Shown here: one piece after another, positions 20,795-31,579 of the stretch
Position numbering within the stretch: position 1 is the first letter of the stretch
How the letters are laid out: the number at the start of each line of letters is the position of its first letter
Source of the DNA: an uncultured Acidobacteriota bacterium
Lineage (GTDB): Bacteria > Acidobacteriota > UBA6911
Length of the DNA stretch: 64,000 nt
Direction: 5' to 3'
NCBI GenBank assembly: GCA_963843575.1
Contig: CAWJKZ010000011.1
Location: forward strand, 1 to 64,000
Translations under genes and position numbers: made by a program
Notes under the pieces: model-generated
The model's database searches: none
Told to the model about the DNA's origin: nothing
Seen by the model: the letters and a program-made list of their open reading frames with translations, nothing else

Positions 20795-22432
20795 TCACGG
20801 GGAATGCGCCACGGTCTTCGCTTCGTTATCTGGCGTCGGGATGGCATAGATGCTGGAGCTTTCGGTCTGAAATACAAGCGCCGACGAGTGAGCGCAGGCC
20901 TTCATCAGCAGCTGGAAACCTGCACCGGCAATATCTGGCCGGAATGCGGCGAAGGACGTCCTCGCATCGATCAGATACCGTATCTGCGCCTTGGGCAACA
21001 GGGAGGGGATTGTCCCGGAATCGGAACATAAGGGTTTTGCAGCGACAAAAGGTGCGATTGACGGGTTCCCGGTCCACAAATAGTACTTTGGATCGGGGTA
21101 GCAGACGAGGACGTCCTCCCGTCGCGCCCGCTCCCTCACCCACCGGCAGACCAACTCGTCGTCTCGCGCCCTATCGGCGAAGACGCGGCGCGAGAGAACG
21201 GCTTCTTCCCACACTCCTTCTATATTCCCCCAGACAACCAGCACGGGGACAGCAGGCAGGCTCGCGAACAGGATCAAGCGGGAAATGCCCAATTCGAAGT
21301 ACCCCTGCTTCAGGAGTTCGACGACGCGGGCGATGCCCAATACGAAAAAAAGGCATATGAACGGCAGAAGTGGCACCAGGAAGCGGTCGTAGGAAGCATA
21401 TGGCCAGAGGGCATGTTGGAGGAGGTAGAGGGGGATGTAGAGATGAGCGATCCTCAACCCGGCGCGCATATGAACCAGAAACCCGGTGCATACGAGCCCG
21501 AAGATGAACACCAGCGCCATCAATCCTCCGACAAACCACAGCCCTTGCAGTGCTGCGATCGAGGAATAGCCAAATCCGAGACAGACCAACGGGACGGAGA
21601 TCGGCACCAGCATGAAGAGATTCTGCGCCACGATCCGGAGGTAGCCTGCGGGTCCTCCGGAAACCAGGATTTGCTTCCAGTCGCCGAGGTAAGACGTGTA
21701 GTACGTCATTGCCTCAGTGGTCGGCTGGGGAACGCGAGCGTGAGCCCAGGCTGTCCATCCTATAAAAACCAGCACTCCAATGAAAACGGGGACGACGGCA
21801 GACCGGGAGTTACGGCGGATGAGCGCAAACACTGCCACTGCCGGCAAGAGGCTGACCGCGGAGATGCGCGTCAGAATGGCGAGCGCCAGAGCAAGGGACA
21901 GGATGGCGCCTGAGCGGAGCGATGCTTTCCGGGTATGGCTCTCGGCCGCCCCGAGCGCAGCGACCGAGACAAAGGTGTAAAGCGGCTCGGACAGCGCGCT
22001 GGTCGCCAGGATGACGGTTCTCGGATTGAATGCCGCGAGCCCGATGGCCACCAGCGCCAGAGTGCGGTCGCGGGGGGTGGCCGGAGCCAAATACCGTTCG
22101 ATACAGAAGAGGCCCAAGAGGGTGAAGATCGTCGATGGGAGCAAGAGGGCTACGATATTGGAGGGGAACCTCGGGAAAACCCGCCAAATGGCCGACAGGA
22201 CCAGGGGGTACAAAGGCGGGTACTTAGTTTGGTGCGGTCTTCCGGGCAGGCTCGAGATGTGGTAACCAGAGCCGCAGGCCAGGGACTTCGCGGTCGCGGC
22301 ATAGATTCCATCGTCGTGGAGGAAGCCGAATTTGTGCGGGTCGAGTGCGACCAAATAGAGGGCGGCAGCGGCTCCCAAGACGAGCAGCAGGCCAGAACCA
22401 ATACCGACGCGATTGGAAAGCGGTTCCTCCAT
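20795..22432 (-). CDS. GT-C-type membrane glycosyltransferase (ArnT-like)
   Basis: HDDGIYAATAKSLA, QTKYPPLYP, LSEPLY and DRFLVPLLP motifs. Confidence 0.8.
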   Translation of the reverse strand: MEEPLSNRVGIGSGLLLVLGAAAALYLVALDPHKFGFLHDDGIYAATAKSLACGSGYHISSLPGRPHQTKYPPLYPLVLSAIWRVFPRFPSNIVALLLPSTIFTLLGLFCIERYLAPATPRDRTLALVAIGLAAFNPRTVILATSALSEPLYTFVSVAALGAAESHTRKASLRSGAILSLALALAILTRISAVSLLPAVAVFALIRRNSRSAVVPVFIGVLVFIGWTAWAHARVPQPTTEAMTYYTSYLGDWKQILVSGGPAGYLRIVAQNLFMLVPISVPLVCLGFGYSSIAALQGLWFVGGLMALVFIFGLVCTGFLVHMRAGLRIAHLYIPLYLLQHALWPYASYDRFLVPLLPFICLFFVLGIARVVELLKQGYFELGISRLILFASLPAVPVLVVWGNIEGVWEEAVLSRRVFADRARDDELVCRWVRERARREDVLVCYPDPKYYLWTGNPSIAPFVAAKPLCSDSGTIPSLLPKAQIRYLIDARTSFAAFRPDIAGAGFQLLMKACAHSSALVFQTESSSIYAIPTPDNEAKTVAHSP

Positions 22433-22440
22433 ATGCGCCG

Positions 22441-22449
22441 AGTATAGCA
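22441..22449 (-). promoter_or_regulatory. Putative extended -10 promoter (TGcTATACT), near-leaderless
   Basis: Lies 8 nt upstream of ATG 22432 with no RBS in between. Confidence 0.4.
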
Positions 22450-23379
22450 CGCCATTAGCGAGAGTCCCCCTGGCGCAACTGCTTGTCCTCGCTCCGGCGA
22501 TCCTGGGCCACCGGTTCCGAACAAAGCGAGGGAACCCCCATGATGATGGCGCGGAGAGCACCAGCATATCGAGTTTGACTTCCTGCAGCTATACCTTTCG
22601 ACCTCGACCGCGCCCATACTCGGCTCTACTGAATTTCAAGGATGTGCCGAAGCAAAATATTGTGATAGAACATGATAGACTCTATTAAGTGCGATCACCG
22701 CTTCGACGCGCTGGTCTTTGGGTACGGCCGGTGTTTCACGATTTCCACGAATCAGGCCCTCGGCGCAATTCATGAATTGTCCGGGTTGGGGGACTCCTGC
22801 GCCGTGGAGATTCGCTTGAATCCTTCGGGTTGCAAATTCCTAAGAGCTGTTTTGGACAAGAGTGGCCATCAGCGGAACCCAGAAAAGAGGGTCCTCAGCG
22901 GAATCTGTGGGTAAAAAGAGAGACGAGAGGATGCTGGGATCCAACATCCGTCGTCCTTTGTGCAGAAAACGCACAGGCAAGTATCTCGATCTCGAATAAT
23001 TGGCACTCCCGGAGCATGTTAATGTGTTCTCCTTCAGCTACTTACGCTGACTTCTGCATCCGGGCAACCCACAGATTCTGCTGAGGAGGCGAAAAGAAGG
23101 TGGTCGACCAAGGGGCAGGAGTGCCGACAAACCATGGGAGAATGTACCTGCCTGCGATGGGGTGTATTATGGATTATCGGGAGCTCCGAGGAAGACCATG
23201 CTCCAGATTGGATACGGCGCAATCTGCCCTGGTCTGATACCCTGACGGGGCTAGGTAGCCGGGAGAACCTGTAGGTGAACACGACCGGCGGTGTAGCGAG
23301 CATCCCGAGCGCCGCGGGCAAGGCGCGATTCTGGCATGCTCGTGCCTTGTTCCTTCACTCAAAGAGACTCTAACGTCCT

Positions 23380-24453
23380 ATGCGCATACTGGTAACTGGA
23401 GGAGCCGGGTTTGTGGGATCCTGCATCGCGCTCGCCTTGCGGGAACGAGGCAACCAGATTGTCGTCCTCGACAACCTGAGACGCCGCGGCTCCGAGCTGA
23501 ACATCCCCCACTTCAGGAAAACAGCCATCGAGTTTATTCACGGCGACATACGCGACTTGGGCGATTTGGCGAACATCCCTGGGAACTTCGACGTGTTGGT
23601 GGAAGCATCGGCGGAGCCCAGTGTACACGCGGGACAGCAGAACTCTCCCGCTTATGTAATCGATACCAATCTCGGTGGTACTGTCAACTGTCTAGAGTTC
23701 GCCAGGCACAGGGTGGACTCTCTCGTTTTTCTGTCCACCTCGAGGGTGTACTCGATAGCGGCCTTGCGGAGCATCCGTCTCAAGGAGACCCCACAACGGC
23801 TGGAGATTGATGAGCAGCAAACCCTGCCGGGGATCTCGGAATTCGGCATCGCCGAGAATTTTTCGATCGACGGGGCCCGGTCCTTTTATGGCGCGACTAA
23901 ACTGGCCTCGGAGCTTCTCATACAGGAATATGTGCAATCTTACCGGCTCAAGGCGGTGATCAACCGCTGCGGCGTCATAGCGGGTCCCGGCCAGTTCGGC
24001 AAGACCGACCAGGGATTCGTGAGCCTGTGGGTCGCCCGTCACTGGTTCGGCATGCCGTTACGGTATACCGGTTTTGGAGGGACGGGCAAGCAGGTACGTG
24101 ATTTGCTGCATCCTGACGACTTGATTGAATTGCTGCTGAAACAACTGGATTGCCCCGACTGTTGGGAAAATGGTGTGTTCAATGTCGGCGGTGGGCGTGA
24201 GACGTCGATCTCGCTTCGGGAATTGACGGAACTCTGCCGAGAGATAACCGGTCGCACAGCGGCGGTGGAGAGCATCGAGGAAACGTCGCCGGTTGACATT
24301 CCGCTCTTCGTCACCGACGCCAGGAGAGCAGGGCTGATTTTCAATTGGCAACCACGAAAGAAAGCCATACAAATCGTCGACGAAATAGCTGACTGGATCC
24401 AGCTCAATCAGGAGATCCTCAGTCCGATCTTCGGTGCCAGTAAGTCCACCTGA
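23380..24453 (+). CDS. NAD-dependent sugar epimerase, CDP-paratose 2-epimerase (RfbE)-like
   Basis: TGGAGFVG, DNL.RRGSELN, STSRVY, YGATK, RCGVIAGP.QFGK.DQG, GFGGTGKQVRDLLH. Confidence 0.88.
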   Translation: MRILVTGGAGFVGSCIALALRERGNQIVVLDNLRRRGSELNIPHFRKTAIEFIHGDIRDLGDLANIPGNFDVLVEASAEPSVHAGQQNSPAYVIDTNLGGTVNCLEFARHRVDSLVFLSTSRVYSIAALRSIRLKETPQRLEIDEQQTLPGISEFGIAENFSIDGARSFYGATKLASELLIQEYVQSYRLKAVINRCGVIAGPGQFGKTDQGFVSLWVARHWFGMPLRYTGFGGTGKQVRDLLHPDDLIELLLKQLDCPDCWENGVFNVGGGRETSISLRELTELCREITGRTAAVESIEETSPVDIPLFVTDARRAGLIFNWQPRKKAIQIVDEIADWIQLNQEILSPIFGASKST

Positions 24454-24503
24454 TCTGCATGCCGGAGCGAATGGCCGAATTTTGGACGCTTCCTCACGCC
24501 GAT

Positions 24504-26264
24504 TCACTGGCGCCGCCTGTAAACCGCATATGTCGCATCTCTGATCAGGTACTGCCCTATGGCCCACCAACTGTAAGGCTCTATCTGGCGCGATACATCG
24601 AAGATCCTGACCATCTGATAGCTGATGGTCAGCAGGTCGGGATCGCTTGCCCTTATGGTTTCAACTTCCTCTTGGCGCAATACCACCCAGTCCGGCTTTA
24701 GTTCCCTTATCAGGTCCCGCCCGCGGTCGCTACGTAGCTTTCTCCGGACACGGACGATATCTGGAGAGCCGATGCCTGGATAGTCCAGCATTCGAAGTTG
24801 CGAGTAGAATCCAATATATCCCAGAGGTTCGAGAAACACCGTTTCCAGTTGCGAAGCGGCTTGTCTGCTCAGCCACAATCCGATCTGCTTCCGATTGCCC
24901 TCCTCGATCAACTGCTGCTGAATTCGAAATCGATGGGCACTCCAAACCGTCAAAGAGGCACTGAGGATCAGGGCAGTGGTTAAGAATCCCAACGAAAGCC
25001 GAGCCGCTATGCAGCGGCCTTCTGGGTCGAGTGGATGCGACGACTTACGGAAGCTCTCGAGTATCTGGTTTATCGTGCCCGTCATCACGAATATGGACAG
25101 CAGGGTACATGGTACGATGTACCATGGGTAAATCAACGGAGTGATAGCATCAAGATAGAAGCAGCCGAGTATGAGGCCGAAGGATATTGCGCGGAAGACT
25201 CCCGGCATCCTCGAGGAGATCCAAGCCATCGCACAAGGCCACGCTAGCGCCACGCTCCAGAGGTTCAGGAGGAGTGGCCCTTTGGGGTACGGGGGCAAGA
25301 AGGCAACGGCCAGCGATTGCGGATTCAATAAAGATGCCAATGGGTATATCGCCAGTCCACCGACTAGACCGAGTGGTGAGAAATTGCGATTGAGCCCCTT
25401 GGCTATGATGCTGTGGGGGATCGGTGATCCGTAGTAGTGCCACGCCCAAGCGAGCCATGGCAGATAAAGGAGACTGGCAAACAGACCGGATTTTAGGAAG
25501 TACTGCATGAGCGACACCCGCCCGCGGAGGGATGATATCCGAGGTTCGAAGATCAGGAAACCAACACAGAGGCTCCCAATAAATATAAAGCTGTCCGGGC
25601 GGGTCCACATCAGACCGGCCCAGGCGAAGCCAAGTCTCAAAGCTGCCGGTTTTGCAGGTATCAAGAGAGAATGCAGCGTGAGGACGAGAAAAAAAGTCAA
25701 TATGCCTGTTTCCATACCGTTGATGGTAAAATCAACAATTTTCGTGTCGAGCGCGAACATACCGATAAGCAAAACGCCGGGCAGGAGACGGACTTGAAGT
25801 TTGGTGGCTATCCGGAGGAGCAGGATCGCTGCGGATGCAAGAGCGGCACTGCTGAGACCTCGGAAAAGCCAGAGAACGGCGTAATCAGAGCTGTTGCCAG
25901 TTGACATGCACAGGAGCGCTGGAATCAGAACACCAAGGGGCGATGTAAACGCCTGCACTCTTTCTCCCGGCACATACACCAAACCGTTACCGTCCGCTAG
26001 GTTTTTGCTGACCCTGAAGGCAATGTAGAAATCTTCCCATACGTGCTGGGTATATAGGGCGAATAATAAACACAGGCAAAAAACGATCACGAAGACGGAG
26101 CCGCACGCTCCTCTTCCGGCGTTGACTCGGATCTCCGTTCCACTTACTAGCGAGACCGATCCGAGGATCCTAGTGCCAAGAGAGGGTTTCTTTGCGCATT
26201 CGCTTCCTATTCGGTAGTCTGGAGTGCTGGAGGTATCGAGTCCAGTGGATAGAGTGATACTCAT
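24504..26264 (-). CDS. GT-C-type membrane glycosyltransferase (arabinofuranosyltransferase-like); true start may be downstream
   Basis: WEDFYIAFRVSKNLADGNGLVY.PGERVQAFTSPL, GMETG, TRPD, YYGSPIPHS..AK, LGYIGFYS. Confidence 0.78.
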   Translation of the reverse strand: MSITLSTGLDTSSTPDYRIGSECAKKPSLGTRILGSVSLVSGTEIRVNAGRGACGSVFVIVFCLCLLFALYTQHVWEDFYIAFRVSKNLADGNGLVYVPGERVQAFTSPLGVLIPALLCMSTGNSSDYAVLWLFRGLSSAALASAAILLLRIATKLQVRLLPGVLLIGMFALDTKIVDFTINGMETGILTFFLVLTLHSLLIPAKPAALRLGFAWAGLMWTRPDSFIFIGSLCVGFLIFEPRISSLRGRVSLMQYFLKSGLFASLLYLPWLAWAWHYYGSPIPHSIIAKGLNRNFSPLGLVGGLAIYPLASLLNPQSLAVAFLPPYPKGPLLLNLWSVALAWPCAMAWISSRMPGVFRAISFGLILGCFYLDAITPLIYPWYIVPCTLLSIFVMTGTINQILESFRKSSHPLDPEGRCIAARLSLGFLTTALILSASLTVWSAHRFRIQQQLIEEGNRKQIGLWLSRQAASQLETVFLEPLGYIGFYSQLRMLDYPGIGSPDIVRVRRKLRSDRGRDLIRELKPDWVVLRQEEVETIRASDPDLLTISYQMVRIFDVSRQIEPYSWWAIGQYLIRDATYAVYRRRQ

Positions 26265-26292
26265 AATCCCAATCGATCAAATTGAGTGCTGC

Positions 26293-27221
26293 CTACTTGT
26301 TCACTTGGATGACTAAGGGCATCGGAAGTCGTTCAACTCCAAAGAGTGGGGTGCGATTTAGGCAATGACCCCTCGGCTCTCAAACCACGAGCAAGCCTCG
26401 AAAGAATCCAGCGATACCGCAGCGTCGCTGTCCGGTCCCCAATATGAATCATAGTTGGGTTTCAGCGAACGGAACCTTAGCCGCGTTCGGTTCCCGGCCA
26501 GGCGGTAGTGAACCGACCGGATGAGCCTGATTGGTATGCGGGCGATCATTGCCGATAGCTTCCGCGCCGGGATAGCGGCTTTGGCCACCTTTCCACCGAA
26601 GCCGAAATCGCTGTAGGGACGCGACTCATAGCCAGTTGTCGCCCAGGGAGCGCAATTCCATGCCGGGCAAACGTATAGAAGCCCTTGCGGTTTCACCACG
26701 CGCCGGAGTTCGGCGAGCATCCTCTCGGGTTCCGGGACATGCTCGAGCACCCACACCGTCCAGGCGACGTCAAAGGAACTATCCGGGAACGGGAGTGCCG
26801 TCGCGGATCCGAGCACGAAGGGCTTGTGGTACAAGCGGGCGACGTTGGGAGAGATGTCAAGCCCAGTATAGTCTTCTACCATATCTTGCAGTGATCCCGT
26901 GCCGGAACCGACCTCAAGCACTTTGCTGTCCTCAAGTCGGTACGTCTGGATGAGTTCACGAAGGGCCGGTCTAATCTGCAACGCTTCGGCCAGACGCTGC
27001 TCCGTTTCGATGTATGAGCTTTGTTCACCTCCGGTTTCTTGGGGCGCATAAACCCGGTCATAAAACAGCTGCGCGTCTGGATTTGGGGCTGGATGACCGC
27101 CTCCCATGGCAGGGTCGCTGTCGTATGGGTAATTCAGAGAGACGGATAGCGCTACCGGTGGCAAGAAAAAAAACAGGAGAAGTCTGACCAACATTCGCGC
27201 GATGCGGGCAATCTCTTTCAC
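26293..27221 (-). CDS. Class I SAM-dependent methyltransferase with N-terminal signal/TM; possible frameshift near 26370
   Basis: VLEVGSGTG, GSATALPFPDSSFD, VLEHVPEPE...LRRVVKP.G. The in-frame stop is at 26358; an alternative frame continues HCLN...PLVIQVNK to 26293. Confidence 0.8.
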
Positions 27222-27278
27222 GGTGCGATCTCCCCGAGCACATTCGTAGCACACAAGAGGCGGCGCCGGGCGACGATG

Positions 27279-28505
27279 TCAACCGCCCGTTGAGGCGGAG
27301 ATCAGGGCCGCGTCGGGCCGCCGCAATCCATTCGGGCCGGAGTGCCGTTCCGTCCTGTTACTGAACAGGTAAATCAACGCGACTGCGGGTGCCAACCAGA
27401 ATAGGGCAAAGTAACTGCGAGCAGTATAGAGCAGCATCGCGGTCGCCAACTGCGTTGCCACGAGGCATGCGAACCACGGCCACTGCCTTGCAGGCCGCAA
27501 CCTGAAGCGAACGATGAGAATAAGCGCCACCGGCAGCAGCACCACCAAGTCCATTGTCCAGCCGTATGGAGCCGTGATCGTCGAGAGCAGCGTTATCGGG
27601 ATAAGAGCCGGCCGCCATTGGTACTCCCCGCGCCAACGGAACCAGAGCCACACCGCCACGATGAGGCCGGCTGCAGCCGGGACATAGAGCACCCACCCCT
27701 CATGCTGGGGGAGGAGCACTCGCAGTACGGTTGCAAGGGTTGGAGTTTCCCAGGCCTTCGCCCCGGTGTCAGAGAACAGTCCTTGGAGGTACGCAACGTA
27801 GATCCCACGATTGTAGAGCCAGGCCAAACCGGCGCAGGCTGCCAACGTCCCCGCCAACCCTGCCGGGACGCGCCATCTCTGGTATCGCACCGTCCAGATG
27901 ATCAGAAATACCCAGAACAGATACACGACATGCGGCTTCACGGTCAGCAGGCAGGCAAAGAACCCGGCAAGCAGGTCGCGCCGTTTCTCGACGGCCCGTA
28001 TGAAACCGATCAGTCCGAACAAGACAAGTGGGCTCGTCTGGCCGATGTTGAGCGCCAGCGCACTCGGTACGAAGAGGAAGACGGCCGCCCAGGCCGGCCA
28101 AGGGGGCGAAGGACCTCCTGCCGTTTTCCAGTAACTCGTCGCGGTCCACAGGAGGAGCAGCATGTTGAGGCAGAACCAGAGCCCCCGAGCCATGCTATAG
28201 GAAAACAGAACGAACGGGAGGAGGAGAATGTGAGTCCACGGAGGACTCCACATTACCAGAGGCTTGGGATCGCGGTAGCCCGCCGCCTGTTCTGCAGCGA
28301 GGACGGCCGCCGCGTCGTACGGATTTCCCCCGTGCAGGAACAGGCGAGTGGAGGCCCAGTAGCCGAGGAAATCGACCCCCGCATGGCGCACCGGCCCTTC
28401 CGGAGCCGCCAACCTGACGACGTCCCACACCACAAGCAGCATGATCAGAAACCACAACAGCACTCTGCTTTTCGGCAGCCTGGGACTCAAGGGATTCACG
28501 CGCAC
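27279..28505 (-). CDS. GT87/DUF2029-like membrane glycosyltransferase, paralog of 5239-6369
   Basis: DFLGYWAS...GGNPYD, MWSPPWT, IGQ, VKPH..YLFW, WETPTL. Confidence 0.85.
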   Translation of the reverse strand: MRVNPLSPRLPKSRVLLWFLIMLLVVWDVVRLAAPEGPVRHAGVDFLGYWASTRLFLHGGNPYDAAAVLAAEQAAGYRDPKPLVMWSPPWTHILLLPFVLFSYSMARGLWFCLNMLLLLWTATSYWKTAGGPSPPWPAWAAVFLFVPSALALNIGQTSPLVLFGLIGFIRAVEKRRDLLAGFFACLLTVKPHVVYLFWVFLIIWTVRYQRWRVPAGLAGTLAACAGLAWLYNRGIYVAYLQGLFSDTGAKAWETPTLATVLRVLLPQHEGWVLYVPAAAGLIVAVWLWFRWRGEYQWRPALIPITLLSTITAPYGWTMDLVVLLPVALILIVRFRLRPARQWPWFACLVATQLATAMLLYTARSYFALFWLAPAVALIYLFSNRTERHSGPNGLRRPDAALISASTGG

Positions 28506-28529
28506 TCCCGGGTTTGCAGCTCGAATACA

Positions 28530-30218
28530 TTAAGGCTTCTTTAGGGCAGGCAACTCAATCCGTACGAGCTCATAAATCTCGGGCGGCACCCGCCCGAAGG
28601 CGAATGGGAGCGGCCCCCAGACGGAGGCATAGAAGCCGGCACCCAGATCCACGCTCATTGTAGTCAACCATCGGTTGGTGTCGATGCTCACTATGCTTGG
28701 CTCGAGTGCGAGCCCCGGTCGCAGCGCGAACGTCGCCGTGTTGTTGCGCGGTATCGCCACGACATCGCCGGACCGGAGCCGATCCTGCTGTTCCTCCAGT
28801 GGCTGGGCGCCGAGCCGCTGCATGTAGTACTGGAATCCCCAGTGTCCCTCGAACCAGAGGGTGCCCTCGCCGGGGCGGGCTTTCTCGTGGATGAGCCTGG
28901 CCGCTTCCCGTGCGGAGCCCGCCAGCTCGGCATCCGACCGCGCGAGTTGGAGAGAAATCAGCGCAGAAGCCGCCAGGGGAATCATCAACGCCGCTTTCCG
29001 GAGTTTGCCGAGACGAGGCGGAACCGAATCGACGCGCCGGGCCAGCAGGATCGAGGCGGCGGGGATCAGCGGCATCACCGAACGCGCGTTCACGGTCCAG
29101 TTCATAAAACAGGCGAAGTAGAGGGTTCCCAAAACCCAGGCGGCGAGAAAAAGTGCGTCGGCGTCGTTACGCTTCCTCAGGTCGTCGGCCGCCAGCGCCA
29201 TGACCGAGAGGCCGCCGGCAATCAGCAGCGCCAGCTGGATTTGCACACCCACCCAGCCTTTGTCCGGAACCGGTGCCCCCGGGTGCAGCCACCCCATCCC
29301 GAAGGTTGCCCCGGCGAACCCGGCCAGCAGGAGGCCGCCGACAGTCCAACGGAGACGCCAGCAGAGCGGGGCGAAGAGCAGCACGGGAAGCATGCACCCG
29401 CCGGCGAACGCTGTGCCGATAAGCGCCTTGGCGGGAATGGAAGTTCCTCCCTGTATGCCGTTCCACGCCCGGGCATAGACGGCCGCATCGGTGAGCAGCC
29501 CCGTGCCGTACAACGATGCCGTCCAGGATTGGTAGACGGCAAGTGCCAGGACAGGCAGCAGCAGAAACCAGGCCCAGTGGCCGAAACGCCGCCGCCGCGC
29601 GTGCGAATATACGAGCAGGAGTGGAATCAGTGACACGGCGAAGTATTTCGTCAGCGCGGCCGCTGCGATCATAAGAGCAGAGCCGGCGAGGTAGAGAGGC
29701 TTCACGGGCTCGACCCCCTTGCACCACAGGACGAGGGCGAAAACCCAGAACGCCAGCATCAAGGTATCGCACATGACGGTCGTGGAGGACACGAGAAACC
29801 CCGGGGCCAACAGCGTGGTCGTTGCCGCCAGAAGAGGCGAGCGTGTGAACCGTCGAGCCAGCCAGTAAGTCCCGATCACGACGGCGATCGCCGGTAGAAG
29901 GAACGCAGTGTGAAGCGCCGCCTCCGACCAACCGGTCATCGAGGCGAAGAATGCGATGAAGTATGACGCCAGTGGAGGGTTCTTGTTCACCTCCGACATG
30001 CGCATCCGGTTCGTGGACCACACCAGGTCGAACCCGTACGGGTCCAGCGGGTGTTTCGCGATCTGCTGCGCCGACCAGACAAACAGAGGATCGTCGATGT
30101 GGAACGCCTTGCGCGCGAAGGGCGCGAGACACAGCAGGGTCAAAAACACGAGGAGCAGGACAGATCGGCGCGCGTTCCAACTGCCGCTCTGGTCAGGCAG
30201 GATTCTGGTGCCGTTCAT
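28530..30218 (-). CDS. ArnT/PMT-like membrane glycosyltransferase
   Basis: AFHIDDPLF, KNPPLASY, VMCD, LTKY and GHWGFQYYM motifs. Confidence 0.8.
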   Translation of the reverse strand: MNGTRILPDQSGSWNARRSVLLLVFLTLLCLAPFARKAFHIDDPLFVWSAQQIAKHPLDPYGFDLVWSTNRMRMSEVNKNPPLASYFIAFFASMTGWSEAALHTAFLLPAIAVVIGTYWLARRFTRSPLLAATTTLLAPGFLVSSTTVMCDTLMLAFWVFALVLWCKGVEPVKPLYLAGSALMIAAAALTKYFAVSLIPLLLVYSHARRRRFGHWAWFLLLPVLALAVYQSWTASLYGTGLLTDAAVYARAWNGIQGGTSIPAKALIGTAFAGGCMLPVLLFAPLCWRLRWTVGGLLLAGFAGATFGMGWLHPGAPVPDKGWVGVQIQLALLIAGGLSVMALAADDLRKRNDADALFLAAWVLGTLYFACFMNWTVNARSVMPLIPAASILLARRVDSVPPRLGKLRKAALMIPLAASALISLQLARSDAELAGSAREAARLIHEKARPGEGTLWFEGHWGFQYYMQRLGAQPLEEQQDRLRSGDVVAIPRNNTATFALRPGLALEPSIVSIDTNRWLTTMSVDLGAGFYASVWGPLPFAFGRVPPEIYELVRIELPALKKP

Positions 30219-31579
30219 GGGGTCTGATAGGAGTCATTGTTCATAGGTGCAGCGCGTGCATCGGAAGGGGGCCGCCGGATCCCGCCGTCCTGCGGCGCCA
30301 CTGCCTTATCGGCGACGGCCCGGCAAAGGCAATAACAAAATGCGACCAGGGTTGTGACCGGCACAGCCGGCACATTTCTTTGGGCGACCAGACCCACGAT
30401 TCCTGCGAAAGACGGTACAAGCGCCAACAACATGAATGCGGTGCGCTGCCAGTCGGACACCCGGGACATCGCGGAAATCGCCAAGGCGATGGCGGGCAGC
30501 GCGAGACTGACGTCGTACATCTGGATATACGGCGAGATCAGCAGTGTAGCCAGCACCGCGGCGGCGAGGACCCATTTCGGGTCCCCTCCCCGCCTTTCGA
30601 CCGCTAGAAGCGTGCCTGCGATTGCGGCCCCGAGCACCCAGAAGACCCAGCCCGGCATACCCAGAAAGTGGGTAAGTCCCCTCAGGCTCTGCATGCGCGG
30701 GATCAGCGACTCGTCCGTCATCATGGTCATCACGCGCAGGTTGGCCCGCATTCCCGCCGTGCCGACGATCGAAAGCGATAGAAGCGCGAGCGCGAGCGCT
30801 ACCGAAACCACGACGAAAATGGCCTTCCAGGCGCGCCGAAGCAGGAGGAGAAGAAACGGCACCGGCATGAGGACAATCTTGTACGACAGCAGGGCAACCC
30901 ACAAGCCTGCTCGTGCGGATTTCTTCTGCAGCATGTCCAAAATGAACAAGGAATAGAGCGCCACACCGATGAACGCCGTCTGCCCGAGTACCACATTTAC
31001 ATATAAAGGAAACATAACGGATGCGGTCAGCGCCAAGGCCAGCACTTGGCTTCTGCGGCTGAACAAGGAGCGGCAGAGGAGAAACACGATCCCGGCTGCC
31101 AACGCGATATTGAGGCCTGCCATCGTCCAGTAGGCACTGCGGAAAGGCAGCCACGTCAGCGGGACGAAAATGGCCGCGACGAAGGGGGGGTAGGGAAACG
31201 ACAGGTAGTGGTTCTGCAGCCCTCCGGTAACGAAGTTCAGCATCTGGTTTTGCGCGGTGAGGTCATAGAGTCGGCCTGGATCGGTGCGCAGCTGCAGTGC
31301 GGCAGCGTAGTACATGCCGAAGTCGGAGCGCGGCAGGTGAAGGCCGAAGTCCCGGAGGGCCGCAGCGATCAAGATCATGAGAATGACTGAGGGCGCGTAG
31401 GTGCAGATACACGTTGCCGCCCGAGCGACGGCGGGAGATGGGTGCGCTCTTCGGCTCAGCGACAACGCCATGAGGCCGGCCAGAAACAGAGCGACACCGA
31501 TCGGCGCGTTCCGAATGGCTATGGAGACACTGAGTGCGACCAGGATCAGACCGCCCGCCCTCTCCGCATTACTGGACAT
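30215..31579 (-). CDS. GT87/DUF2029-like membrane glycosyltransferase
   Basis: SDFGMYYAAA...LYD, FPYPPF, LGQT, YK and SPY..MYD motifs. Confidence 0.85.
   Translation of the reverse strand: MSSNAERAGGLILVALSVSIAIRNAPIGVALFLAGLMALSLSRRAHPSPAVARAATCICTYAPSVILMILIAAALRDFGLHLPRSDFGMYYAAALQLRTDPGRLYDLTAQNQMLNFVTGGLQNHYLSFPYPPFVAAIFVPLTWLPFRSAYWTMAGLNIALAAGIVFLLCRSLFSRRSQVLALALTASVMFPLYVNVVLGQTAFIGVALYSLFILDMLQKKSARAGLWVALLSYKIVLMPVPFLLLLLRRAWKAIFVVVSVALALALLSLSIVGTAGMRANLRVMTMMTDESLIPRMQSLRGLTHFLGMPGWVFWVLGAAIAGTLLAVERRGGDPKWVLAAAVLATLLISPYIQMYDVSLALPAIALAISAMSRVSDWQRTAFMLLALVPSFAGIVGLVAQRNVPAVPVTTLVAFCYCLCRAVADKAVAPQDGGIRRPPSDARAAPMNNDSYQTP

Noticed and set aside
22570-23370. Short ORFs or a gene remnant in the gap before the epimerase
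   Set aside because: No recognisable motif or RBS; cannot be supported.
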